Assembly: GCA_902520725.1 (NCBI GenBank)
Contig: CABYPB010000002.1
Span: 8,666 to 72,665, forward strand
Reading direction: 5' to 3'
Length of the DNA: 64,000 nt
Source: an uncultured SAR86 cluster bacterium
Lineage (GTDB): Bacteria; Pseudomonadota; Gammaproteobacteria; Magnimaribacterales; D2472
Of this stretch, positions 9,019 to 18,908 are shown in pieces. Under the pieces are notes generated by a model, which did no database searches, was not told the origin of the DNA, and saw only the letters and a list, made by a program, of their open reading frames with translations. Made by a program: the position numbers and the translations under genes. The first letter of the stretch is position 1. Each line of letters begins with the position of its first letter.

Positions 9019-10707
9019 ATGGATAAATTTAATGATTTTTTACTTTTATTAGATGCTAATCTTAGTGGTTCTTGGTGGTTTCCAGCATTATTAATTGGCA
9101 CTGGTATCTTCTTCACCATCTACCTAGGCTTCCCTCAATTTAAATATTTTAATAGCGCATTAAAAATTGTTTCAGGTAAAACTAATAATTCTGAAACAGA
9201 TGGAGAAACTACAGGATTTCAAGCACTTACAACAGCAATGTCTGGTGCAGTAGGTACAGGTAATATTGGTGGTGTTGCATTAGCAATATGGACAGGCGGA
9301 CCTGCAGCTATTTTTTGGATGTGGATCACAGCCATTTTTGGTATGACAACTAAGTACGTTGAGGTTACTTTAGGACATAAGTATAGAACTAAATTAGCTG
9401 ATGGATCCATTTCTGGTGGGCCTATGTACTATATCGAAAAAGGATTAAATATTAATTGGAAAGGGATAAATTTCCCCTCCAAATGGGTAGCTATATTATT
9501 TGCTTTTTTAATGATGATAACTGCTATTGGATCAGGAAATATGCCTCAGATTAATAATATAGCTTTAGTCATGAATACCGAGTTTAATGTTCCAAAATTA
9601 TTTACTGGTTTATTTTTAGGTGCATTACTCTGGATAATTATTATCGGTGGTATAAAAAGAATTGCTTCAGTCGCAAGTAAAATTATACCTATCATGGGAT
9701 TAATATATTTTGGAGGAGCTTTAATTATCTTAATTGAAAATTATCAAAACGTAATTCCATCATTTAACGCTATTTTTGCACAAGTATTTACTGGTTCAGC
9801 TGCAATAGGTGGTTTTCTTGGCGCAAGCTTTGCAATGAGTCTTAAATACGGTGTTGCAAGAGGCTTATATTCAAATGAAGCAGGACAAGGATCATCTCCA
9901 ATAGCTCATGCATCATCAAAAAATAAATCAATCGATCAAGGTGTTGTTTCTATATTAGAACCTTTTATAGATACCCTTGTTGTTTGCAGTGTTACCGCAT
10001 TAGTTATTTTATCTAGTGGTGTATGGACACAAAAGTTCGATACAACATTTTCAAAGACTGATATGGTAATTCTTGAAGGTACTTACAGTGATGAAAAAAA
10101 TATTGAGGGAGATTATCTCTACCCAGACGATATTAATGAACTTACAAAATATGTTCAATCAATAGATTCAAACGTAAAAGAATTTAATGGTTCATTGACT
10201 ATCAACGATGGTATTTTAAAAACTGACAACATTACAATAATACATTCTAGATCGATTGCCGAAGATATAAGTGTATCAACTAATGGAACTTTATATACTG
10301 GAGTCTTAAATGTAATCAATGGAAAAGTAGCAGAACAATCTACTTTTGAAGGAAAATCGTTAGTAAGTTCAGCTGAATTAACAGCCAAGGCATTTTCTCA
10401 AGGAATTTTAGGTCAATATGGCGGCAAATTGGTTGCAATAGCTTTATTGTTATTTGCATTTTCAACAGCAATTACTTGGTGTTATTACGGGGATAGATCA
10501 ACGGCATATATTTTTGGAGAAAAAGGTGTTATCTGGTATAGGAACTTCTATGTTTTATGTTTTGTTTTGGCTGCTGTGATAGATACAACTGTGGTTTGGA
10601 ATATAGCTTATGTGGTTGTTGCTCTTGTTTCCATACCCAATTTGATAGCGATGTTTGCTTTAAGAAAAGAAATGAAATTGCTATCAGACGAATTTAAAAT
10701 TAAATAG
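9019..10707 (+). CDS. Alanine/glycine:cation symporter (AGCS family)
   Basis: GTGNIGGVA, GGPAAIFWMW, GGPMYY, RGLYSNEAGQGS, FIDTLVVC; carries a ~110 aa soluble insertion. Confidence 0.93.
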   Translation: MDKFNDFLLLLDANLSGSWWFPALLIGTGIFFTIYLGFPQFKYFNSALKIVSGKTNNSETDGETTGFQALTTAMSGAVGTGNIGGVALAIWTGGPAAIFWMWITAIFGMTTKYVEVTLGHKYRTKLADGSISGGPMYYIEKGLNINWKGINFPSKWVAILFAFLMMITAIGSGNMPQINNIALVMNTEFNVPKLFTGLFLGALLWIIIIGGIKRIASVASKIIPIMGLIYFGGALIILIENYQNVIPSFNAIFAQVFTGSAAIGGFLGASFAMSLKYGVARGLYSNEAGQGSSPIAHASSKNKSIDQGVVSILEPFIDTLVVCSVTALVILSSGVWTQKFDTTFSKTDMVILEGTYSDEKNIEGDYLYPDDINELTKYVQSIDSNVKEFNGSLTINDGILKTDNITIIHSRSIAEDISVSTNGTLYTGVLNVINGKVAEQSTFEGKSLVSSAELTAKAFSQGILGQYGGKLVAIALLLFAFSTAITWCYYGDRSTAYIFGEKGVIWYRNFYVLCFVLAAVIDTTVVWNIAYVVVALVSIPNLIAMFALRKEMKLLSDEFKIK

Positions 10708-10721
10708 TAGTTATATATCTC

Positions 10722-12005
10722 ATGCATCATTTAAGATATATTTTTATCTTTTTTATAATTTCATGTGGAGGGGGTTCTGGTGGTTCTTCTATAATTGAAA
10801 TAGAAAATAGTCCCTCTATAACTTCATTTAATTCATCCTCTACGTCTGTCACAATTAATGAATCCATTACATTATCTTGGCAGACAACAAACACAACATC
10901 TTGTAATGCAAGTGGAGACTGGAATGGAGGTAAAAGTTTAAATGGAACAGAGTTATTGAACTTAACTGAAAATAAAACATATTCATTTGTATTAAATTGT
11001 AATGGACAAAATAATACAAATTCCGTAACTGCATCTGTATCTGTTGATGTTATAGAGTCAAATGAAGATCTCTATGAGATAGATAAAGAATCATATTGTA
11101 AGTCACCAAGTAATAATTCTAATTCATATTGGATTGACCATTTTGATTCTTCTGTTTTAAATCCTGACATATATACCTATCAATTAGGAAATGGTTTTTT
11201 TGCAAATGGAACATGGATAGCTGGCTGGGGTAACAATGAACAACAATACTATACTGGTCCTGGGACTGGCTATGCAAAAAATTATAATTCGAATTTTAAT
11301 TCAACTGAAAATGCATTTATTGAAGATGGATTTTTAAAAATTCAACCAATATTTGATAATACTAATCCATTTGCCGATCCCTATTGTAGTGATAAAGCAT
11401 GTCAGACAACCTGGGACTATACATCAGCTCGAATCATTACATCTTCAAAAAAAACTATTGGTCCTGAAAATGAAATCACAGTTTGCTTTAAGGTTCCTGA
11501 TGGAACGGGACATTGGCCAGCAATTTGGATGTTACCTCAAGGATTTATTGAAGGAAATAAGACTTGGCCACAAGATGGTGAAATTGATTTAATGGAGGCG
11601 AGGGGCAGAGTGTCGCAAGCAATTGGCTCAGCTATACATTTTGCAAACAGCAATAATTCACATCAATATATAAGCCATGAAGTTACTGTTCCAATGAATG
11701 TTAATTTTCAAGAAAAATTTCATTCAATTACATTTAGATGGACACAAGATAATATTGAAATGTATCTAGATACAAATAGTGAACCCTTTTACAGTGAGGG
11801 TAAAAGCTCAACTCCTTTTAATAATGCTAATTATCCATTTAATGAAGAATTTTATTTATTATTAAATGTTGCTTCAGGTGGTAATTTTGATTCAAATCAA
11901 ATAGACCCAACAAAATACTGTAATAATCAGCAATGTACTAACTTATCTGATCCGGATAGAGGTAGGTTTGTAATTGACTATATTGAAATTAAATCAATTG
12001 ATTGA
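10722..12005 (+). CDS. GH16 beta-1,3-glucanase (laminarinase-like) lipoprotein
   Basis: Lipobox-like ISC-GGG, Ig-like N-terminal domain, GWGNNEQQYY, YTSARI, WPAIWML, WP..GEIDLME catalytic motif, PF...FYLLLNVASGG. Confidence 0.9.
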   Translation: MHHLRYIFIFFIISCGGGSGGSSIIEIENSPSITSFNSSSTSVTINESITLSWQTTNTTSCNASGDWNGGKSLNGTELLNLTENKTYSFVLNCNGQNNTNSVTASVSVDVIESNEDLYEIDKESYCKSPSNNSNSYWIDHFDSSVLNPDIYTYQLGNGFFANGTWIAGWGNNEQQYYTGPGTGYAKNYNSNFNSTENAFIEDGFLKIQPIFDNTNPFADPYCSDKACQTTWDYTSARIITSSKKTIGPENEITVCFKVPDGTGHWPAIWMLPQGFIEGNKTWPQDGEIDLMEARGRVSQAIGSAIHFANSNNSHQYISHEVTVPMNVNFQEKFHSITFRWTQDNIEMYLDTNSEPFYSEGKSSTPFNNANYPFNEEFYLLLNVASGGNFDSNQIDPTKYCNNQQCTNLSDPDRGRFVIDYIEIKSID

Positions 12006-13001
12006 AAGTATTGAAACTATTTCTAAATGCTTTGTATTTGGGAATTGATCAAATATTTCAATATCTTTAATTTTGTGATCTTTTAATAACTTTATATCTT
12101 TTATGTAAGTTTCTGGGTTGCAAGATATATAGATTATGTTTTCAAATCCCTTGAGAAACTTAACAACCTTATCAGTTAAACCACATCTGGGTGGGTCAAC
12201 TAAAATATGTGAAAAATCATAACTCTTTATATTAATTTCGCCCATTCTTCTAAACTTCTTACCTTTTAAAAGTTCATCTACTTCAGTTGCTGAAAGACGT
12301 GCAGAATGAATATTTGAAATATTATTATCAATAATTGCCTTATTAAGACACTTAATACTTTTTCTATCATTTTCAGAAGCAAAAACATTTTTAAATAATT
12401 TTGATAGTGGTAGAGTAAATGTTCCAACTCCACAGTAAAGTTCTATTAAATCAGTCGGATGTTTTACCAAAGACTTAACTTTATCTATCATTTTGGATAA
12501 TAAAAAACTATTGGGTTGATAAAATGAATTATCAGTTTGAAAAATTTTAATATTTTTAGATGTAATTAAATCTTGAAGATAGATATTATCTTTAGGATAT
12601 GTTTGATTCTTAGCTCTAATGATTATTTCAACTTTAAGTTTTTTTTTAATTTGTTCGATTTTGTTAATTAAATCTTTTGAAATATTCTTATGATAGATAA
12701 GAGTTACAAGAACATTATTTTTACTATTAGATCTAAAATTTATTTGAAAAAGTTTATTTTTTATTTCAAATGAATTGTTTATTAACTCTAATAATATTGG
12801 CATTAACAGTTGTATTGATTTAACTCCTATATCAAAACTTTTAATATATATTTTAGATTTATCATCATGCATTACATAGGATTCTTTAGAATATCCAAAT
12901 TCACATCTTGACCTATAAGAGCTTGCAGGACTTAAATTTGTAACTATCTCTTTAGGATAATATTTTGAAATATCTTTAGAAAATTTTATAAATTTATTCA
13001 T
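11994..13001 (-). CDS. trmA: tRNA/tmRNA (uracil-C5)-methyltransferase
   Basis: YRSRCEF, FYQPN, ELYCGVGTFT, VDPPR, YISCNP, DQFPNTKHLE. Confidence 0.9.
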   Translation of the reverse strand: MNKFIKFSKDISKYYPKEIVTNLSPASSYRSRCEFGYSKESYVMHDDKSKIYIKSFDIGVKSIQLLMPILLELINNSFEIKNKLFQINFRSNSKNNVLVTLIYHKNISKDLINKIEQIKKKLKVEIIIRAKNQTYPKDNIYLQDLITSKNIKIFQTDNSFYQPNSFLLSKMIDKVKSLVKHPTDLIELYCGVGTFTLPLSKLFKNVFASENDRKSIKCLNKAIIDNNISNIHSARLSATEVDELLKGKKFRRMGEINIKSYDFSHILVDPPRCGLTDKVVKFLKGFENIIYISCNPETYIKDIKLLKDHKIKDIEIFDQFPNTKHLEIVSILSIN

Positions 13002-13171
13002 GAGGTATTTATAAATATATTAGTTATTAATATTACAATTGTTATAAATATTATATTTAAGACGATAAATAATATAATTATTTTCTGAATTGTTAAATTT
13101 CTTAAATCTTTATCTAAGTCTGTTTTTTTTCTTATTCCAAAAAAAGAACTTATAATTCTACTAAACCACAT
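12998..13171 (-). CDS. Small membrane protein, DUF2970-like (57 aa)
   Basis: Manual translation MWFSRIISSFFGIRKKTDLDKDLRNLTIQKIIILFIVLNIIFITIVILITNIFINTS*. The SFFGIR...D motif plus one TM helix resembles DUF2970; its stop overlaps the trmA start (ATGA). Not in the ORF track. Confidence 0.8.
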   Translation of the reverse strand: MWFSRIISSFFGIRKKTDLDKDLRNLTIQKIIILFIVLNIIFITIVILITNIFINTS

Positions 13172-13176
13172 ATTTT

Positions 13177-13767
13177 ATGAATGATATTATTAAAATAACT
13201 AAATCAGCAGAGGAATATCTGGCCAAACTCATTAGTGATAAAAATGATACTGATTTATCAATAAGAATTTTCATTTCTGATCCAGGAACACCAAAAGCTG
13301 AAACATGTTTAGCTTATTGTAAACCAGAAGAGGCTATGCCTGATGATATGATAATCAACTTAGATCTTGTAACTGTTAATATTGAAAAAAGAAGCATTCC
13401 TTTTTTAAAAGACTGCGTTGTAAATTTTGACAACGATACATTTGGTGGTCAATTAACTATAAAAGCACCAAATGCAAGAATGCCTAATATTTCACCGGAT
13501 AGCCCAATTGAAGATCGAATTAACTATGTCATTTATAATGAAATTAATCCAATGCTTGAATCCCATGGTGGAGAGGTAAGCTTAGTTGAATTTAATAAGG
13601 ACTCTGAAGCTGTTCTTCAATTTGGAGGAGGGTGTCAGGGCTGTGGAATGGTTGATGTAACACTTAAAGATGGTATTGAAAAAACTCTTATTGAGCAAAT
13701 TCCTGAAGTAAAAGCTGTTAAGGATCTTACCGATCACTCAATCGATGATAATGCATATTACAAATAA
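13177..13767 (+). CDS. nfuA: Fe-S biogenesis protein NfuA
   Basis: PGTPKAETCLAYC, GGQLTIKAPNA, INPMLESHGG, FGGGCQGC. Confidence 0.95.
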   Translation: MNDIIKITKSAEEYLAKLISDKNDTDLSIRIFISDPGTPKAETCLAYCKPEEAMPDDMIINLDLVTVNIEKRSIPFLKDCVVNFDNDTFGGQLTIKAPNARMPNISPDSPIEDRINYVIYNEINPMLESHGGEVSLVEFNKDSEAVLQFGGGCQGCGMVDVTLKDGIEKTLIEQIPEVKAVKDLTDHSIDDNAYYK

Positions 13768-14394
13768 CTAAATCTCATTTATTGAAATAAGCATTCCAAA
13801 ATATGGGTGATCAAAAAAATATATATCTTCATTAAAAACTCTTTTTTCAATGTTAATAAATTTGTTATATCTATTATTTTTTTCGTCAAGGAATCCAATA
13901 AGCTCTATGTGCATAAACCTTTTCTGATAAAACTTTATATAAAATCCGTAATTTTTATTATCTTTATAAGATAGGTATTTACTGTCATCATATTCGGGAA
14001 TCGTTTGAATCCAAGATTTTGAATCTAATAATATTTTATTTTTATCATTTAAAATATTTTTTTCTATTTTTTTTAAAATGTTAATTTCATCATCATCTCT
14101 AAAAAAAATTTTGGGGTATGTATTTGAGATGAGAGTTTTATTCTTTGATGTTATGTTTTCAAAGTAAGTTGATATATTTGAAAAATAGCTAAATCGGCTA
14201 TTTTTTGATTCATTATCATAATTTATAACGGAATTAGTTGATGGCTCAGTTAATAATGTTTCAAAATTTTCTTGGGAATTAGTTTCAGTGTATTTAAATA
14301 TAAGAAATTCAATTTTGTATTCTTTGTTAATACTAGACGCATCAATATTGGTTGATAAAAAAATAATTAAAAAAATAGATTTACAAAATTTCAT
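13768..14394 (-). CDS. csiV: CsiV-family peptidoglycan-binding protein
   Basis: Signal peptide, YKIEFLIF at the N-terminus and YFFDHPYFGMLISI at the C-terminus; downstream of mfd as in other gammaproteobacteria. Confidence 0.7.
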   Translation of the reverse strand: MKFCKSIFLIIFLSTNIDASSINKEYKIEFLIFKYTETNSQENFETLLTEPSTNSVINYDNESKNSRFSYFSNISTYFENITSKNKTLISNTYPKIFFRDDDEINILKKIEKNILNDKNKILLDSKSWIQTIPEYDDSKYLSYKDNKNYGFYIKFYQKRFMHIELIGFLDEKNNRYNKFINIEKRVFNEDIYFFDHPYFGMLISINEI

Positions 14395-17300
14395 CTAATA
14401 AGAGATTAACATTTTTTCTTCTCTTTTCAGAGTTAGTTTCATTACATTTATAAATGAATTTATTATCTTTATTGATTAAATATTTTTTCTTATTTTTTGC
14501 TACTAACTGTAATAAATTTTCTAATGTTTTATCATTTATACTTTCTGATAAATAAAAATTAGTATTATTACTATTTGATTTAATAGACTTAATTCCTGAA
14601 TTATTAATCCTTATTTGAATTTTTTTATCTTCTATTAAATTTTTAGCTTCATTTGGCATAGTGCCACACCGATCAATTAAGCTGTCCTTAATTTTAATAA
14701 TATCCTCGTAAGATTCAGCTTTATCTAATTTTCTATATACTTTCAATCTTTCAATTGGTGATGGTAGGTATGTTGAACTTATAAAACTAGAATCATAAAA
14801 ATTTACATCAGGCCTTAGATTAATATCTTTTATATTAATTTTATTACTTTCAATAGCTTCTTTTAACATGGATAGGTATAAAGACATTCCAACACTATTT
14901 ATATGTCCACTTTGTTTATCACCTAACATTTCTCCACCACCTCGAATTTCAAGATCTTCTTGAGCTATTAAAAATCCTTCACCTAGATTTGAATTTCTTA
15001 TTATCGAATCCAATCTAGTTTTAGAAACTTTAGGAATTTCAATATCGGGTATTAAAAAATAACAATAGCCTTGTTTGTCAGATCTTCCTATTCTTCCTCT
15101 TAGTTGGTGAAGTTGTGATAGACCAAATTTTTGTGAATTTATTATTATCATTGTGTTTGCATTAGGTATGTCTAGTCCCATTTCTACAATTGTTGTACAT
15201 ATCAACCCATCTAATAAACCACTTTTAAATTCAGTCATAACTTTTTTTATTTCTTTTTTATTAAGTTTTCCATGTGCAATGCCAAGTTTAAAATCTGGTA
15301 GTAAATAGTTAATTTCTTTCTCAATATTGTTGATTTTATCTATATCATTTTGAACAATAAAACATTGACCACCTCTGCTTCTCTCTCTTGTTAAAGCCTC
15401 CTTAATAAGTTGATTTGTTTGAACTTTTAAAAATGATTTGATACTTAATCTATTTGATGGTGCAGTTTGCAGAAATGAAAAATCTTTTAATCCTGAAAAA
15501 ACCATATTCATTGTTCTTGGAATTGGCGTTGCAGATAAATAAAGAATATGAATATTTTCTTGTTTATCCTTTATAAAATTCTTCTGTTTAATTCCAAATT
15601 TATGCTCTTCATCAATTATTAATAGTCCTACATTCATAAAATTAATATTATTATTAAAAATAATATGAGTTGATATTAATATATCAATATTGCCTAAATT
15701 AAATTCGTTAATAATATTATTTTTATCTTTGGCAGAAACAAATCTATTTAATTTTTTTATAGTTACTCCAAAATTTATATACCTTTTTAGAAATGAGTCA
15801 TAATGTTGATCACATAAAATAGTGCTTGGTGTAATAACAATAACTTGTTTATTTGAGCTTACCGATACAAATGCAGCTTTCATTGCTACCTCAGTTTTTC
15901 CAAAACCAACATCACCACATAAAACTCTGTTCATTGGTTTTATTAAAGACAAATCTTTTTTTATTGATTTGAAAGCTGATATTTGATCTGGCGTAGGGGT
16001 AAATGGAAAATCATTTTCAAATATAATTAATGATTTTGAATCCACTGTGAGGCTTGAAGAAAAAGATTTTAATCTTCTGGATTCTATATCCAGAATTTCA
16101 GCCGCATGATCAACTGATCTTTTTTGAGCTTTTTCTTTTTTTAACAGCCACTTAGTTGATGATAAAGAGTCTAAATCTAAATTTAGTGAAAAATCTTTTT
16201 TATGATAACTAGATATTTTATTTATATTATTTAACGGAACATATAAATTTTCATTGTTAGCATAGATAATTTTTATATACTCACTAGGTTTGTTATTTGC
16301 TTCTACAACTTCAAGACCTTGATAAATTCCAAGGCCATAATCTTCATGAATTACATATTCATTTTCATTAAAAACTTTATTAAATTCTAAATATCTGGAC
16401 TTTTCTTCATCTATATTTTTTATTGGAACATTATTATTTATATTTTCGTTATGAATTAAATATGTGTTTTTATCTATAAGATATATCGGCCTTACAATAT
16501 TAGAAACCATAATATTAAAGGACGAAGATATTTGACTTAAATTATCCAAAACATTTGCTCTTGGCGATTTATTTTTTAAATCTTCTAAATAACTTTGAAT
16601 AGATGTTAATAGAACATATTTATTAGCCTCTAATTTATTTAATTCATGGTTCTGTATCAACTCATCTATTGATAAATTAGGTAATTGAAAGGTATTAACC
16701 TTAATCTCTTTTATATTAGTTATTTTTTGACTTATATCAGACGTATTAGTGTAATAATCACATGGTTTAATTATTGGTCGATTTGAGTCGTTTATTTCAT
16801 CACTAAATCTATCATTAATAAATTTTTCATGATCCATAATTTCTTCATTTAGATTTTCAAATTTTAAATATTCATAATCATCAAATAACTCAATGAAAGA
16901 AGAGAGTTTATTAAAAAAGAATGGAAAATATACTTCATAACCCTCAGGAAGGTTTCCATTTTTTATTTTTTGAAAAATTGTACAAAATCTCTCATCATTA
17001 TCGTAAAAATATTCTCTCCAATTATTTATAAATAACTCAATGGTTTTATTATCAAGAGTAACAATATTACCCTTTGAAAGATGAAAGCTATCAATTTGTT
17101 TTATTGATAATTGGGAATCTGCATTAAAAAATCTTATTGATTCAATTATGTCATCAAATATTTCGATTCTTAATGGATTTCTATAAATCGGAGCATAAAG
17201 ATCTATGATTCCACCTCTTGTACTATATTCATTAATATTCTCAACATGAGTTTTTTTTATATAATTTAATGATTCAATAACATTTATAAGCTCACTAATG

Positions 17301-17668
17301 GATATATTTTTTCCAACTTTAAAATTACTTAATGAAATAAAATTCTCTTTAGTTGGATATAAATCAAATAAATTTTTTATAGATGTTATTAATATCTGTT
17401 TTTTATTATCTACATTATTTAAAATTTGGAATCTTTTTTTTGTAATTTTCTCAGGAACTGAAAAATGGTCATATGGAAGAACATCATTTTCAGGAAATAA
17501 ATATATTTGTTTAATATCTAATATTAACTGAAGCTCATTTTTTAGATACATAGCTTCATTAGTATTTTTAACAAAGATACAGATAGATTTATTGTTTTTA
17601 ATAAAATATTCTTTTAAAGAATAAGCATAATTTAGATAGTTTTTATATTTATTTTTATCCATCGACAT
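14381..17668 (-). CDS. mfd: Transcription-repair coupling factor
   Basis: LPYDHFS, RGGIIDLY, RID domain (VIHEDYGLG), CGDVGFGKTEVA, IDEEHKFG, SATPIPRT, QLRGRIGRS, DLEIRGGGEMLG. Confidence 0.96.
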   Translation of the reverse strand: MSMDKNKYKNYLNYAYSLKEYFIKNNKSICIFVKNTNEAMYLKNELQLILDIKQIYLFPENDVLPYDHFSVPEKITKKRFQILNNVDNKKQILITSIKNLFDLYPTKENFISLSNFKVGKNISISELINVIESLNYIKKTHVENINEYSTRGGIIDLYAPIYRNPLRIEIFDDIIESIRFFNADSQLSIKQIDSFHLSKGNIVTLDNKTIELFINNWREYFYDNDERFCTIFQKIKNGNLPEGYEVYFPFFFNKLSSFIELFDDYEYLKFENLNEEIMDHEKFINDRFSDEINDSNRPIIKPCDYYTNTSDISQKITNIKEIKVNTFQLPNLSIDELIQNHELNKLEANKYVLLTSIQSYLEDLKNKSPRANVLDNLSQISSSFNIMVSNIVRPIYLIDKNTYLIHNENINNNVPIKNIDEEKSRYLEFNKVFNENEYVIHEDYGLGIYQGLEVVEANNKPSEYIKIIYANNENLYVPLNNINKISSYHKKDFSLNLDLDSLSSTKWLLKKEKAQKRSVDHAAEILDIESRRLKSFSSSLTVDSKSLIIFENDFPFTPTPDQISAFKSIKKDLSLIKPMNRVLCGDVGFGKTEVAMKAAFVSVSSNKQVIVITPSTILCDQHYDSFLKRYINFGVTIKKLNRFVSAKDKNNIINEFNLGNIDILISTHIIFNNNINFMNVGLLIIDEEHKFGIKQKNFIKDKQENIHILYLSATPIPRTMNMVFSGLKDFSFLQTAPSNRLSIKSFLKVQTNQLIKEALTRERSRGGQCFIVQNDIDKINNIEKEINYLLPDFKLGIAHGKLNKKEIKKVMTEFKSGLLDGLICTTIVEMGLDIPNANTMIIINSQKFGLSQLHQLRGRIGRSDKQGYCYFLIPDIEIPKVSKTRLDSIIRNSNLGEGFLIAQEDLEIRGGGEMLGDKQSGHINSVGMSLYLSMLKEAIESNKINIKDINLRPDVNFYDSSFISSTYLPSPIERLKVYRKLDKAESYEDIIKIKDSLIDRCGTMPNEAKNLIEDKKIQIRINNSGIKSIKSNSNNTNFYLSESINDKTLENLLQLVAKNKKKYLINKDNKFIYKCNETNSEKRRKNVNLLLDEIL

Positions 17669-17723
17669 GTGTATAATGAGGCCTTATTCTATCAATCAAA
17701 TTAAATATATAAAGAAAAATATT

Positions 17724-18905
17724 ATGAATATAAATTTTAGTGATGAAGACTTAGCGTTTAGAGATGAAGTTCGAGAGTGGTTATCAAATGATTATCCACA
17801 GCATGTCAGAGAAAAGACTGAGAAGGGTATTACAATAAGTAAAGAAGATCTCATAGATTTTCACAAAGCTCTCTCAAAAAAGGGTTGGATGGGCTATAAC
17901 TGGCCAGTTGAATTTGGTGGTACTGGTTGGTCAGCCTCAAAATTATACATATTTAATAAGGAACTAGGTTTAGCAGGATGCCCGCCAATTCTTCCATTTG
18001 GTGTTGGTATGGTTGGACCTGTAATTTATACCTTTGGTAACGATGAACAGAAAGAAAGATTTTTACCTGATATCTTAGAATTTAATACATGGTGGTGTCA
18101 GGGGTACTCTGAACCCGGTTCAGGTTCTGATTTAGCATCTTTAAAAACCAAGGCAGTTTTAAGAAATGATCTTGACGAAGACTATTATGTTGTTAATGGT
18201 TCAAAAACATGGACAACGCTTGCTCAGAATGCAGATTGGATTTTTTGTTTAGTAAGAACTGACAATAGTGGTATTAAACAAGAAGGTATCTCCTTTTTAC
18301 TTATTGATATGAAATCTCCAGGTATTGAAGTAAAACCAATTATTACTATTGATGGTGATCATGAAGTTAATTCAGTTTTCTTTACAGATGTAAAAGTGCC
18401 AGCTAAAAATCTTATTGGAGAAGAGGGTAAAGGTTGGACTTATGCAAAATTTTTGCTTGCTCATGAGAGATTTGGTATTGCTGGAGTTGGAGCATCAATG
18501 AGGTCTCTTAACAGGCTAAAGGAAATTATATCAAAGCTTGATAATGATGATCTTCAAAGAAAAGCAAATGAACTAGAGGTTGCATTATCTGCCATTGAAA
18601 TTACCGAATTGAGACTGTTGTCAGCCCTTGAAAATGGTGGGCATCCTGGAGCTGAATCTTCAATTTTAAAAATTAAAGGTACCGAAATGCAACAAGCCTT
18701 ATCTGAACTATTTGTAGAAGCTTCTGGTGAGTATGCTTTAATGTATCCTGGGCCACATGGTTATGAAAATAATGACAAGCCAGCTGGACCAGATTTTGCT
18801 GCTGAAGGATTATCCGCGTTTTTAAATATGAGAAAAACTTCGATCTATGGTGGAAGTAACGAAATTCAAAAGAATATTCTTTCGAAATTTGTTTTAGGTG
18901 TCTAA
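17724..18905 (+). CDS. Acyl-CoA dehydrogenase, large subunit (PimC/FadE-like)
   Basis: WCQGYSEPGSGSDLASL, NGSKTWT, IYGGSNEIQ; start moved to MNINF at 17724. Confidence 0.9.
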   Translation: MNINFSDEDLAFRDEVREWLSNDYPQHVREKTEKGITISKEDLIDFHKALSKKGWMGYNWPVEFGGTGWSASKLYIFNKELGLAGCPPILPFGVGMVGPVIYTFGNDEQKERFLPDILEFNTWWCQGYSEPGSGSDLASLKTKAVLRNDLDEDYYVVNGSKTWTTLAQNADWIFCLVRTDNSGIKQEGISFLLIDMKSPGIEVKPIITIDGDHEVNSVFFTDVKVPAKNLIGEEGKGWTYAKFLLAHERFGIAGVGASMRSLNRLKEIISKLDNDDLQRKANELEVALSAIEITELRLLSALENGGHPGAESSILKIKGTEMQQALSELFVEASGEYALMYPGPHGYENNDKPAGPDFAAEGLSAFLNMRKTSIYGGSNEIQKNILSKFVLGV

Positions 18906-18908
18906 TTA

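Noticed and set aside
13121-13146. Homopolymer T/A runs as phase-variation sites
   Set aside because: Runs of 7-9 A/T are common throughout this AT-rich window and reading frames remain intact.
17667-17723. Apparent 5' overlap of mfd and the ACAD gene
   Set aside because: ORF-caller extension; the likely ACAD start is 17724.
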